A stretch of DNA of 64,000 nt from Octopus sinensis. Lineage: Eukaryota. The notes under the pieces are model-generated. The model was not told where the DNA came from and ran no database searches. It saw only the letters and a program-made list of their open reading frames with translations. The stretch spans positions 63,116,001 to 63,180,000 of the forward strand of contig NC_043007.1 of NCBI RefSeq assembly GCF_006345805.1, given 5' to 3'. Positions 38,745 to 52,049 of the stretch are shown piece after piece; the first letter of the stretch is position 1; each line of letters opens with the position of its first letter. Made by a program: the position numbers and the translations under genes.

Positions 38745-41100
38745 ACGACCAGTGTGTGAGGGAGAATTATGATGTTGTAGGAGAGAAATGTGTCCACATG
38801 GATGATAGTTCTCTTGCACTAAATGAGGCTGCAAAGAGAGAGGTTTGGAGACGCCACTATGAAAGGTTGCTCAATAAAGAGAATGAATGAGAGAAAGAGA
38901 GTCTGCTGAATGTCGACCCAACTATCCGAGTTGATAGTACCTTGGTAGATAAAGCAATTAAGAGTATGAAGACAGGGAAAGCCCTCGGCCCATCAGAAAT
39001 TACTGCAGAGATGCTCAAAATATCTGCCATTGTCGTCTGTAGCCTAGTCACCCGTATAATTAACCTGGTGATACACAAAGGAGTCATACCCAATGACTGG
39101 TGTAGCAGCATAATAGTCAACTGCTACAAAGGTACAAGTGATGCTTTAGATACAAATAATTACAGAGGTATCAAGTTGTTGGATCAGGTAACGAAGGTCA
39201 CGGAGAGGGTCATAGCCCAACTAATTAGGGAGAGAATCATTTTAGATGAGATGCAGTTTGGGTTCATGCCAGCGAAAAGCACCACTGATGCTATATTTCT
39301 GGTAAGACAGCTGCAGGGAAAATACCTAGCCAAAGATAAACCTCTGTACCTGGCTTTCGTTGACATGGAGAAAGCCTTTGACAGGGTCCCCTGATCCCTG
39401 ATCTGTTGGTCAATGAGGAAACTAGGGATAGATGAATGGTTAATGAGAGCTGTGCAAGCCATGTACAGGGATGCTGTCAGTAAGGTGAGGGTTGGCAACA
39501 AGTACAGTGAAGAATTCCGGGTAGAGGTAGGGGTCCACTAAGGTTCAGTCGTCAGCCCCATCCTATTTATCATAGTCCTCCAGGCAATAACGGAGGAATT
39601 CAAGACAGGATGCCCCTGGGAGCTCCTCTATGCTGATGACCTTGCTCTAATTGCTGAGTCACTATCAGAACTGGAGGAGAAGTTTCAGGTGTGGAAGCAA
39701 GGATTAGAATCGAAGGGCCTTAGAGTCAATCTAGCTAAAACCAAAGTCCTAATAAGTAGGAAGGCAGACAAACCACAAATCCCTTCAGGTAGATGGCCCA
39801 TCTCGATCTGTAGTAGAGGCATAGGTAGAAACTCTATAAGATATACCCAGTGTAAGCTATGGATACATAAGAGGTGCAGCAATATCAAATGAAGGCTAAC
39901 TGGGAAAATAGTTTTTGTGGCAGATGCTCAGGAGCAATAAGCACTGAAAATGTGCAGTGAACAACTTCTGCCACATTCCAGGGAGAAAAACTAGAAGTAG
40001 TTGATAGCTTCCATTACCTAGGTGACCAAGTCAGTAGCTGGGGAGGGTGCACTGAAAGTGTAGCTGCTAGAATAAGAATAGCCTAGGCAAAGTTCAGAGA
40101 GCTCTTACCTCTGCTGCTACATGGCAGTGAAACATGGGCCGTGACTGCTGAGGACATGCATAAGCTCGCAAGGAATGAAGCCAGTATGCTCCAATGGATG
40201 TGTAATGTCAGTGTGCATACTCGACAAAGTGTTAGTACCTTGAGAGAAAAGTTGGACCTAAGAAGCATCAGATGCGATGTGCAAAAGAGACGACTGCGCT
40301 GGTATGGCCATGTGGCGAGAATGGATGTGGATAGCTGTGTGAAAAAGTGCCACACCCTAGTGGTTGAGGGAACCTGTGGAAGAGGTAGACCCAGGAAGAT
40401 CTGGGATGAGGTGGTGAAGCATGACCTTTGAACATTGGGCCTCACTGAGGCAATGACTAGTGACTGGGACCTTTGGAAATATGCTATGCTTGAGAAGACT
40501 CGGCAAACTCAAGTGAGACCATAACCTTGTGGCCTATGCCAGGGGTGTAAGCAATCCACTTATGCATACCTTTTCTTCATTGGACACTAAACTCTGCTTG
40601 CAAAGACCTGTTGAGGCAAGTGAAATCGAAATCAAATTCGATGACTAGCATCCGTGCTAGTGGAGCACTAAGAGTACTATACAAGCGTGATCGTTGTCAG
40701 AGCAACAAGCTGGCCTCAGTGCTAGTGGCTCGTAAAAAACACCATTCGAGCATGATCGTTACCTGTGTCGCCTTACTGGTACTTGTGCTGGTGGCACATG
40801 AAAAAACATTCGAGTGAGGTCGTTGCCAGTGCCGCTGGACTGGCTCCTGTGCACGTGGCACATAAAAAGCACCATTTGAGCATGGCCACTGCCAGTACTG
40901 CCTGACTGGCTCTTGTGTTGGTGGCACGTAAAAGCAACAACTACACTCTCAGAGTAGTTGGTGTTAGGAAGGGCATCCAGCTGTAGAAACTCTGCAGATC
41001 TGATTGGAGTCTGGTACAGCCATCTGGTTCGCCAGACCTCAGTCAAATCATCCAACCCATGCTAGCATGGAAAGCAGACATTAAACGATGATGATGATGA
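38745..41100 (+). mobile_element. 5'-truncated RTE LINE: RT domain, C-terminus, 3'UTR and (GAT)n tail
   Basis: NYRGIKLL, QFGFMPAKSTTDAIF, AFVDMEKAFDRVP, LLYADDL, RLRWYGHVARM, GRGRPRKIW; in-frame stops and an internal deletion. Confidence 0.93.
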
Positions 41101-41809
41101 TATATATATACATATACATATATATATATATATGTAACAATAAAGTTTTATTTTTTTGTATAACTATAATATGTTATGTCGAAGTTGTAATCAGTTTGTA
41201 ATGATTGGTTCTTCATTGATTGCCATTATCTAAAGATGAAAGAATAGTGATTGAAGTTGTGAAGAAAATATTTACTTTTGCCGTTACATTATACAATACC
41301 TTACCTCGATGGGCAGGTGATGAAATCGTAGAGCATGCTAAGTAAAAAAGTTAATTTCGGCATGTATGTTCTTGTTGTAGTAGTAAACCATTGAGAGTGA
41401 TATGGTAATGTGCAGAGAAGAGAAGGTGGGTTAGTGAAAGTGAGAGAAAGTGGGAAGTTGTCTCATATTGTTGCTGACTGTAAACTTTCTTTCCTTTTCC
41501 CTCTGACCATTTGTCTGTCTGCTAGTGGCCATGATTCTAGTGATCAGTTCACTAACTGATGTTAGCTCTCTTTCAACTAACGAGTTGTCACCAAGTGACT
41601 AACTTATTTCTTTATTTATCAATGAATGACACACAGAGGGGGGACAATACAAGACAATATAAAACATTTAGGTTTGGGAGTTATGACTTAATGGAAATCA
41701 GAATATGAAATCGAATGGTATAATGAAATTGATAATCGTATAAAAATTTCTGTGATTATATTTTCAGGTTCGGGTTCAACCTGCCAGTGTTTTTTTTTTT
41801 TTCCTTTCT

Positions 41810-42330
41810 GATTAGATTGGTTATACCAGCATGGCACCATTCACTCTCAACTTCCTTACAACATTTGTCCATCTTTTCACAAATGTACTTCAAGGTAGGT
41901 GCCTCTTCTCAAGGCTAATCTTTTTATATAGGTGGTAGATAAAAAGACCTATGAATCCACGTTCGGATATGAAGTTGCCTGCCTCAATTCCTCTTTCATG
42001 CATCATCCATACTGTTTCTTTCAATATGGCTACTATGCAGAAAAATGATGCCTCCTTTTCCTTGTTAAAGTAGTGAGGGAGCACAATCTTAATGATAGAC
42101 TCAGTCGATAACTGTACTCTTTCCGCACTTGGGGGTTCTTGTTTTTATAACTATCCAGAAGGATAGACATATCGTTGAGAACAATGGATTTCATTGATGG
42201 TACTTGCTATTTTAATTCTAGCTTTTGGTGAAATAGAAGAGGTTAGAAAGGTCAAGTGGTGAAGACATTATTTCGGACTATAGCTAAGGCAATCTGGCAA
42301 ATGTAAAACTGCTGTCACAAAAACTATTGT
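41810..42330 (-). mobile_element. C-terminal ORF2 remnant of a Tx1-like LINE
   Basis: CIVAILKETVWMM...GLFIYHLYKKISLEK...FVKRWTNV resembles Tx1 ORF2 C-termini. Confidence 0.55.
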
Positions 42331-45300
42331 TCCACTATGAGAAAAGTTCTGTTGAACTGTTACTTGGAATTTGGCTATGGTGGATCACTTCACACACACA
42401 CATATAGGCATCTCCTGCATTACGGCTACCTCAGTTTCTGATTGCATGCTTATGGAAATTGTAAAGAATAACCATTAATTTCAGAATATGGTCTGTGATT
42501 TCACTCTTACATGAAACTCGAATTGCATAGTTTTAAATTGGGCTCAATGGCAGCTTGCATTTTAGTTAAGTTTTTGTTTGGATCAAAGTGAGGTGGGGAC
42601 AAAATTAGTAACTAGGGTAAAATGAGTAATTCCTGATTTCTTGTCATTTTCTTCCTACATGTTTGAAACCATTACATTGCATGTATTGCACCATCTTTGG
42701 GAGTAAAAATTGGTTGAAGTTGAGAGAGTTTGGAACATAGTCAAGTAACAAGCACTTTTTCTTTCAAATTTATCTTCAACATTGACCCAATTGTAATTGA
42801 GGTTGCTAATAACATATCTGGATATAATTTTTGGTGTTTAATAATTAATATTCTTTTCTCTGTGAAATTTCAAGTCAGTCAATTTTTTCCCCACACTAAT
42901 ATCTAATTTGATAATTTTCAATTTTCAAACAATGTCTAAAATGGGGTAAAATGAGCAATGATTTGTTTCAATATATTGGAAAGAGAACTACTCCAGCAGA
43001 TCAGGAAGAAACTATAGAGAATATTTTATGTCAAGTTCCATTAATTTCATATCATGTGCCATTTTTCCATGATCCTCTTTCATTTGACTGAGATATTTTA
43101 AATTTTTGTTGCATTTCACATGTTGACAGCTGATTTCTCTTCTCTGTGGTGTGTGTGTATGAAGAGTTGTTTTGCATCACTATAATCCAATCAGCATTGT
43201 GTAATTCAGATCTATTATCAATATTCAGGGTGTACTTGTTAAAGGAAATAGCATCTTTTATTCTCAATTCCTAGTGTTTCTTTCAGTAGTTTCAATAGAA
43301 ACTTGGATGTCTTGGATGTGGCATTTTTGTAGGTGCTTTTCTATGGAAGATGCATTAACATAGAGATGTTCTTCAATTCATATGTCAACTAGTCTGATGG
43401 TACTTCTAATATAGAACTCACTACATTTGTTATACATCTTCTAGAACCACAGACATATATTTTTATATTTGCTTTTGCAGTTGGGCAACGTACATAAGAT
43501 CTTGTTTTGTCCTGGTTTGTTTTAGTTAAGACCCTCCTCAAATTGTGTAGCTGATGGCAATAATTGCCTTTTTGTTAAAATGTGGCAGTTTCAAAAAGTA
43601 CATGTTATCCTTGGATGTGTGGGTATTGTTAGGGATGGAGATCCTAGCACAAGCCATCTTAGGTCTGATGGGCAGAGATAGATTATAATATATATATATT
43701 ATCAAAAAAATACAGTAATATATATCTATCACAGCTCATCTTACCAACTGGTTTCATGCTAGGGATGCAATGGAGTGTTAGGTAACAATCTGATTACATA
43801 AACTTATGCTCATCAGTATGTCAGTTGGGATAAGATATTCTAGGCACTTACCTTAGGAAGCACTTCTACAAATAACAGGTATCTGAAAATTGCAAGAGGC
43901 ATCTCTCCTTATGAAATTGTTATTCTAGATAAAAAGAAAATCTGCACACTATAAATTAAAGACTGATTTTGTGATATTGTTTTTATTGCCTAGTTTACAA
44001 CTATTTCAACAATTTCATGATGACTAATCTTGTCATTTTGAGTTGAACCTGAATTGCTATATCATAGAATTCACTAATGGCAACAAATTTACTATTACCA
44101 CCATATGTTCCATCGCTACTGGTGTATGTTTCATATTTCTGCAAAAGGAAATTCAATATGGTAGAACTACTAAGAATAGGGTTTAAGAAGAAAGATATAG
44201 TACAGGATTGGTGCAATGCATCCCTTCCAGTCAAGTTACCTCTAATACAGCTAACAAGTTCTGAAGAACATACATCATTATAATAGAAAGAAGTAAATAG
44301 AGAAGATATAGTACAGTGACAGATAAATGACTTAAAACTTTCAGAAAGAGAGTTGACTTTAAAATAGATGCCAAATTATGTGAAAACAATCTGGTAAGAT
44401 TTTGTTTTAAAAAAATAAAATATCAAAAAGACAAGAAAAAGCTATAAAAATGTATATTCTTAAAAAAAATAACTCTCAATTTTTTATAATCTCATAGTGC
44501 ATATTAATGCAAACACTTGGTGTAATAGAAATACTGTATGAACTTAGGTCAAATAAACAAACTCTTGATAAGAATTGTGACTGATAAAAGCTGTTTATTT
44601 CATTGGCTGAAATAACAAATTTGAGCATTTTAAGGTGATAAAAAAATATCATAAAAGCTACACATACATTGAATTAAGATTAAACTTGGTTAGATTTTTT
44701 TTTCTTTTTCTGGAGGTTAGATTTCTTATGATCAAATATATTATGGTAAATCATGAAGAAGTAAAAGAGATACAAGAAGGGAAACCCTTCTATATAATAT
44801 AATGGGTAATTACATTTCACACCAAAGGGTCTCCTTCTCACTTCAGAATTTATTTTAGTTTATGACTGAGAGGCCTAAACCTGTCAGTGTTGCTTCATAA
44901 TAAGATCTTGCAATATATCATCAGCATATTCTTCTTCCAGTATTTATCTTGACTATTTTTTTTCAATTAGTTTATCTTCAACTGAACGACCTCATTACAT
45001 ACAAACATACACATACATTCACACACATACACACATATATATACATACGTACACATAAACAGACAGACAGAGAAGGAAGATAAACAAAAAATCTGAAAAA
45101 AAAATTAAACTTAGTGGTAGTTTCTGAGAGACAGTAGATTGCATAGATAACATGCTGCAGCATATGACCAAATGGAAATAGCCTACAATGCATAATGTAT
45201 AACTAGTAAAATAAACAATATTCTTTTGTTTAATTATCATTTATGTTTTATGGCATGACATAGTTGTAATCTCATTTTAACATCGGTTATAAATTTAACA

Positions 45301-45441
45301 GATTTTTTTAAACAATATTGGGAAAGAAAAAGAAATGCATACAGGTACCCTTAAATTTTGCAAGTATATATATATATATATATATAAAACATTATTGGTG
45401 AATTGAAGAAATGGAGCTGAACGCAGATTGAACAGAAATCG

Positions 45442-45539
45442 TTTTATTTCATTCTACACGTGTTTCGAAAGGCACAAATTACCAAAATCCGATTGAATAA
45501 TGGGACCATATTGTGTCTTTCTCTTCAGGAAGAAAAAAG
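45442..45539 (-). ncRNA. Type I hammerhead ribozyme motif (left arm, mirror copy)
   Basis: Reverse complement of 46486-46583. Confidence 0.8.
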
Positions 45540-46485
45540 GAAATCCGTTGGAAAAACAAAAACAGAACAGAGGCGGAGCAAAAACAAATCGAATTATGCT
45601 CCTAAGAGCCCATGGCGAAACTGTTTATCAGTGTATGTTGAGAACCGGTGGCTGAAGAATTCAACGGGTCAGGCATCGGTCAATCATGTGGGTGAGGGTG
45701 TATAGATGTTCTTTGTGACCGAGAATAAAGTTCTGACTATTTAAGGAATATTGGATGTTTTATAAGGGGCGAGAAAAAAATCTACTTAGAGACGTGTGTG
45801 TGTGTATACTGTTCTATATATGTGTGTGTTGGCGTAGGGGTAGTCGGCTTTTCGATGCCCCCATTGGCGGCGTTACACTTATCTGGCTTTTAAATAGCGT
45901 TTATAAATAATACCGGCACCCATAGCCCTTGGTAACAAATTCTGAAATAGCCTTTAAGATATCTACGATTAACCACTGCAAGGGGAATTACTCCTGTAAG
46001 ACAAACGGGGCTTGGTTTTTTCACAGCGGGGGGTTTCCTTGACAAGGCAGGCTTAGATGAACACACACACACATAAAACATAATATATATATTTTTTTTC
46101 TTTCTGCCACCCAACGGTTATCACGGCAGTAGCCACTGACAGCCGAACGATCAAACGCACACACGTACACAAAAAATGTTTTCTACCCCTACGCCAACAC
46201 ACACATATATAGAACAGTATACACACACACACGTCTCTAAGTAGATTTTTTCTCGCCCCTTATAAAACATCCAATATTCCTTAAATAGTCAGAACTTTAT
46301 TCTCGGTCACAAAGAACATCTATACACCCTCACCCACATGATTGACCGATGCCTGACCCGTTGAATTCTTCAGCCACTGGTTCTCAACATACACTGATAA
46401 ACAGTTTCGCCATGGGCTCTTAGGAGCATAATTCGATTTGTTTTTGCTCCGCCTCTGTTCTGTTTTTGTTTTTCCAACGGATTTC

Positions 46486-46583
46486 CTTTTTTCTTCCTGA
46501 AGAGAAAGACACAATATGGTCCCATTATTCAATCGGATTTTGGTAATTTGTGCCTTTCGAAACACGTGTAGAATGAAATAAAA
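46486..46583 (+). ncRNA. Type I hammerhead ribozyme motif (right arm)
   Basis: UUUUUCUUC-CUGAAGA(46497-46503)-GAAAGACACAA..UUGUGCCUUUC-GAAA(46559-46562)-C-ACGU-GUA(46568-46570)-GAAUGAAA. 11-bp stem II with one mismatch, perfect palindrome ACACGUGU in stem III, and a bulged stem I. Confidence 0.8.
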
Positions 46584-46809
46584 CGATTTCTGTTCAATCT
46601 GCGTTCAGCTCCATTTCTTCAATTCACCAATAATGTTTTAATTTCAATTATCCGCACCAACGCACGGTTGCAACGCCAGATGGTTGTACCTCCAACCGTG
46701 CTGTTTACTGCTGTGATTTTTGCTACTAAGGTATCGGTTAAACTTTTGATTAATCTACTACAAGATTATTCATCTTTCTATTTCACATATATATATATAT
46801 ATATATATA

Positions 46810-47990
46810 TATCATCATCATCATCATCGTTTAACGTCCATTTTCCATGCTGGCATGGGTTTGACGGTTTGACTGGGGACTGGCAAGCCAGTAGGCAGTA
46901 CCAGACTCCAATCTGATCTGGCAAGATTTCTAGAGCTGGATGCCCTTCCTAATACCAACCACTCCAAGAGTGTAGTGGGTACTTTTTATGTGCCACCAGC
47001 ATGGGAGCCAGTCAGGCAGCTCTGGCATTGATCAAATTCGGATGGTGCTTTTTACATGCCACTGGCACAGGACCCAGTCAGCCGGGGGGGGGGGGGTATC
47101 AACAACGTTCGGATTATGCTTTTTACGTGCCACTGGGATGGGGTGTTAGTCAGGCAGCACTGGCATTGGCCACAACTACAATTTCCATTTTGATTTCGAT
47201 CTTGATTTGCTTTTAATTTTTGATTCTACTTGACTCAATAGGTCTTCTCAAACGCAGCATATCACCCGATGATTCAAGGTACTTTTAAATGGGCTGGTTA
47301 TGTGACACTGGTATAGGCTACGGCTGTGATCTCACTTTATTTGCTGGGTCTTCTCAATCACAGTATATCTCCAAAAGTCTCGGTCTCTTGTCATTGTCTC
47401 TGTGAGACCCAACATTCGAAGGTTGTGCTTCACCACCTCATCCCATGTCTTCCTGGGTCTCCCTCTTCCACAGGTTCCTTCCACTGTTAGGGTGCAACAC
47501 ATCTTTACACAGCTCTCCTCATCCATATGCAGCACATGACCATACCAGTGCAGTCATCTCTCTTGTACACTGCATCTGATGCTTCTTATGTCCAACATTT
47601 TTCTCAGGGCACTTACACTCTGGCGTGTGTGCACACTGATATTACACATCCAGCAGATCATACTAGCTTCATTTTTTACAAACTTACATATGTCCTCAAC
47701 AGTCATGGTCCATGTTTCACTGCCATGTAGCATGGCAGTTCACACACATGCATCATAGAGTCTACCTTTCACTTTGAGTGAGAGGCCCTTTACTACCAGC
47801 AGAGGTAGGAGCTTTCTGAACTTTGCCCAGGCTATTCTTATTCTAGTGGCAATGCTCTCAGAGCATCCACCCCCACTAGACTTTGTCACCTAGGTAGTGG
47901 AAACTATCAACTACTTCTAGTTTCTCCCACTGGCATGTGATGGAATCTGTTTTCTGAACATCTTCAGTGTTTATTACCCCTGTGCATCTT
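46810..47990 (-). mobile_element. RTE LINE 3' portion with tail
   Basis: EGTCGRGRPRKTWDEVV and GGCSESIATRIRIAWAKFR; the tail ends in (GAT)n at ~46812. Confidence 0.85.
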
Positions 47991-48289
47991 CCATGCTTAT
48001 GTATGTGTGCTTAACTCCCAAAGGCTTTGAAATGGTACATCCACAAGAAAAATGAATTTGATTTTAGAAATCTGCATCCTGATGAGAATGTTGTCCATAA
48101 ATAATGATAAAAATATATAATTTGTAATGAGAAATAACTGAACTTTTAGACCTACAAATCTCACACTATGTATCTCTCTATATATCTTTATCACATTCTT
48201 TGTCAATCTCTCTCTGGGCCCAGGAACAAGGGGGTGCAGGTGACGTGATTGCATCTGCTAAAATTTTTGTTGGGTGCAAAATCAAAATC

Positions 48290-48800
48290 TGCACATACTT
48301 TTGCTAGGTTTAGAAAATAGTATCTAAAAATTGATCTGGTCGGTATATCTGTATTTTTGAGGAATCCTTTTCTTGAATTTTTACTACATCATATTTCACA
48401 TTTACTATTCTTTGGCATTCTTCTGCCATAGACTGTAAGGTAGATCTTGGTTCACTTATTCCAATTTAGAAAGAATTCTTGCCCGAATTTTTGTATCTTT
48501 GTTTGCTGTAAAGCCCTGTACAAAAATAAGACACTTGAACATCTCAGGTGTAAGTTCTTTGAGTTTAAAACTTTCACATATCCTGTTGACTGTTTCTGTG
48601 TATGTGATAAAATCATCATTCTCTTTTATCATTATATTCCAATACTCCATTCAAGTGTTAAATAGAGAAGTTTTATCACTGAATATGTTAGGCATTAATT
48701 CTATTGTTTCTTTAACACAAATTTTGTTGGCTTTTTGGGGCAATATGAAATTACAGTAACGTTCATGCTCTAAGGAGCTAATTTTTGCGATAACAATCTC
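48290..48800 (-). mobile_element. Gypsy LTR-retrotransposon gag fragment
   Basis: EHERYCNFILP...DDFITYTETVNRICESFKLKELTPEMFKCLIFVQGFTANKDTKIRARILSKLE, a motif typical of invertebrate Gypsy gag regions. Confidence 0.7.
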
Positions 48801-49119
48801 ACTTTTTGTTCATCCAACCATGATTTGCAATCTTGCTTAAAAAAATCTCCTCATACTATTCTTGTTGCTTTTGCAACTGTACTATGGAAGTTAATAGGTC
48901 TTCCATTATTTAACAAGTTGTATCATGAACAAATTGTTAAATAACCTACGTGATCTTTGAAACCCTCATCACCAGATGTAACATAATTTGTTACATACAA
49001 TAAATAAGATAACTAGACAACAGTAAAAACAATGTAATGAACTAACAAATCTTTTTACAAACCAACAATCAATATTCCTTGTGAACTACCAACTGACACC
49101 TTCCGACTTCCCTACAAAC

Positions 49120-49640
49120 TAACACTAGACTCCGGACTTTGAACCTACTTGGATTGTCACTATTTATACTTTACTCAGACCAGTCTATCTCTCACAAAAT
49201 GGTGTCGTAACTCTTATCACAACATTCACAATGTTCAGGTCATTCCCACAGCTATTTCTGACCACAACATTATACAATTATCTGTATGTGGTACAAAGAG
49301 GGCAACCCACACAAATAACATCAAACATGACTCACCCCTCATGAATTTGAATTTCAGGAAGGCCAAGTAGAAAGAAATTGAAACTGAAATCTTCGAAGCA
49401 AACTGATCCCAACATATTAGCAACTCCAATATTAACAAGGGAATGAAGTTTCTATATGATGAGCTAATCAGGATCTGTCAAAAGTATGCCCACCTAACCC
49501 TGCAAGACTTTGATTCCACAAGATAGATGGAAACTAATGAGTAACAGAAACAAGCAAACTCTCTCAACAGATGAAATTGAGATTTTAAAAAAAAAGAAAA
49601 TAAAGAACATCAAACTAGACCTAAACTATCTCATGAAAAG
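49120..49640 (+). mobile_element. CR1/L2-like LINE fragment (end of APE domain and linker)
   Basis: IHNVQVIPTAISDHNIIQL, NFRKAK.KEI. Confidence 0.55.
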
Positions 49641-51059
49641 GAACCCATTGTAGTGATGATGATGTCTTATCTGCTGTTGAAGATGTTTTTGATTAAGATA
49701 GTTTCTTCACCAATGCGATCCAAGCACTGCAACACCGATAAAAGAAGGTGTAGAGGATCTTTTGTGTTTGGTTTTTACTTTTCTGTTCTTCAATTCCATT
49801 CCGTTTCAAGTTTGGTGTATTGATGTAGCTTTACATGCTAATTATTGAAATGAGTAGCATTTTTGCCATAACCTAATAAATAAAAAGTTAATAGTTTTTA
49901 AAGTTTACAAAGTCTGGCCAATCGAAAGTCACAGATATATTGGTGCCTGTTTCTGTAGTAACAAGCTAAGGTATTGCGTAGTCTTCTTACCCTTTCGTAT
50001 ATGATGGAGGTATTGAAAACCTAGGAAGATGTGGTTGATTGAGCAGACCTATGAGCAAAAGAAGCATTCTAATGCTGAACATCCCCCAGTTTGGGAGTTA
50101 TCTCAGATTGCCATAATCTAGTCCTTCCTCATTTTATAATGTTAAGGTGTTCTTTGGGATGAAATTTGGCTGCCTTTTCCAGTAGTTCAATCTTTACATG
50201 AACTGAACTACAGTATGTTTTATTGTAATTTAACATTCTGGTATTTTTCACATTACATGCCTGTTCAAACATTTCACATGGCTTTATTCATTAAAACTTA
50301 TTAAAACTTCCATTGTTGAATGTATTGTTGTTGCAATGTTGACCTCAGTCATTGTAATGTCATCAATCACAAAATGCCAAGTTCCAAATCCTGTTTCCTG
50401 ATTAGGTAAAAACTATCAAACTTTAAACCTCTGCAACATTTTTCTAAAATTTTTCTAGAACAATTGAATAACAACATCAGATTCAGTGTGAAAAATTACA
50501 TCAATATATCAAATTCAAAAATTTTCATTTGATTTTAAAATTTCAAAAAATGAAGCCAAACACAAAGAATTCCTGTCTGGATTGTAAATGAACTTCATTT
50601 GGTCACATACCATGTTAATATCTTGGCCAGCCTACGAACTTTTCAGCTGACCCTCATAAAATAAAAACTATTATTATTATACCTATGTTTGCTTTGATAT
50701 TAAGATTTTCAAAATCCACCTTGTTCATAAAAAAGTTTGGACCTGAGTTTGCAGCCCCTAAGCAAATTTTGTTCCCAGGCCACTGTCTGTATAATGTATT
50801 AACTCACACACTACTTTTATTTTGTTTAAAACTTTGTCTTCTAATGTTTACTTCCATTTTATGACAGCTATCACATGCAAATCCTGTTTTCTGATTGAAT
50901 AAAAATAATCAAACTTCAAATCTCTGTAACATTTTCCTAAAACTTTCTAGAATAAATGAATCACAAATCTGAATTCATCATGAAAAAGTACATCAATGTA
51001 CCAAATTTGAAAATTTTCAGTTAATTTTAAAATATCAAAATTTGTGACAGCAACAGAAA

Positions 51060-51062
<3 letters not shown>

Positions 51063-51121
<59 letters not shown>
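51063..51121. repeat. (TC)n microsatellite
   Basis: Pure TC run seen directly. Confidence 0.95.
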
Positions 51122-51124
<3 letters not shown>

Positions 51125-52049
51125 CTATCTCTTTCATTTTCTCATGGTAAATTTTCTCATTCTCTATAAAAGTATATTGCTCAAGCTGAGTGTGTGGTGT
51201 TTGTCAGTGTGGTCAGTGTGTGTGTATGCATGTGTGTAAGGAATTTCATTAGCATCACACAATAATTTTAAAAAGGTATGTAAAACATAATTTATTTTAA
51301 TAGCATACTTTTCTCTTAGTAAATATCCTTTTTCTTACACACACATGGACTCACACAGTGGGAAGGGGGTAAAAATTTTAATTAGAAATTTTTTTTAATT
51401 ATTGCTGCTTAAATCCCAGCAATGGACCACTGCATCATCAATACATGTTAGAGTGACAAAGTAACAAAGAAGGTACCAGGTGGTCGTGGAATGTGCTAGA
51501 AGCAACAACTAAATCTCCCCCAAATCACACACCTTTTCATCTGAAAATTATTTTAAAATTATAAACAGAAACAAATTGTTCATTTAGACTATCCATATTT
51601 GAAGACTGACAAAATTTTAGAACTTTTAGTGAAAGTATTTAAAAAAACTTCACAATTGTTTTTAGATTATGTTTCATTTTCTGTTTGAAAATAAAAGAAG
51701 TGGGGATTGTAATGGTGATTGCCAATTTCCCAAAATCTTTTTTTTAAACTTCAAGGCTTCTCTTATTGTTTTTAAGAGCATAATGCAAAAAAACATTGGC
51801 TAAAAGTGGGGGAGTGGGGGAGTGGGGGGGGGGGAATTTGTAAATTTTCAAAACTTTTTTACTGAAAAAGCATCTCCCATTGTTTTTAAGTACATAGTGC
51901 AAAAAGAAAATTGGACAAAATCAGTCCAGAGGGGTAGGAGATGGCATTCATAAATTTTCAAAAATTTTTCTTCTTAAAAAGTTCATAAAGATTAAAGTTG
52001 TAGTTGAGAAAAGGTAAACTGACATGGAAGACTGAAAACCATCTGAATA

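Larger units (their letters stand above)
45385..46790. mobile_element. Young non-autonomous PLE-like insertion: 459-bp and 458-bp inverted arms (45385-45843, 46183-46640), 339-bp spacer and ~150-bp unique tail, flanked by (TA)n
   Basis: The arms differ by only one substitution and one 1-bp indel that I could find, and each carries a hammerhead. (TA)n tracts lie on both outer sides. Confidence 0.8.

Noticed and set aside
42600-43300. Resemblance to a RAG1-like/Chapaev N-terminus (GI..D..VHP, RING-like cysteines)
   Set aside because: The motifs need several frame switches and the diagnostic W.PH..C..C/GRP motifs are not visible; kept only as an unidentified fossil.
45844-46114. Spacer ORF with NGGIEKP resembling ribosomal protein L29e
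   Set aside because: Match limited to a few residues; no further similarity.
45460-46565. Two almost identical 81-aa ORFs (45460-45705 + and 46320-46565 -)
   Set aside because: They are mirror products of the inverted repeat and run antisense to the hammerheads; no domain is recognised.
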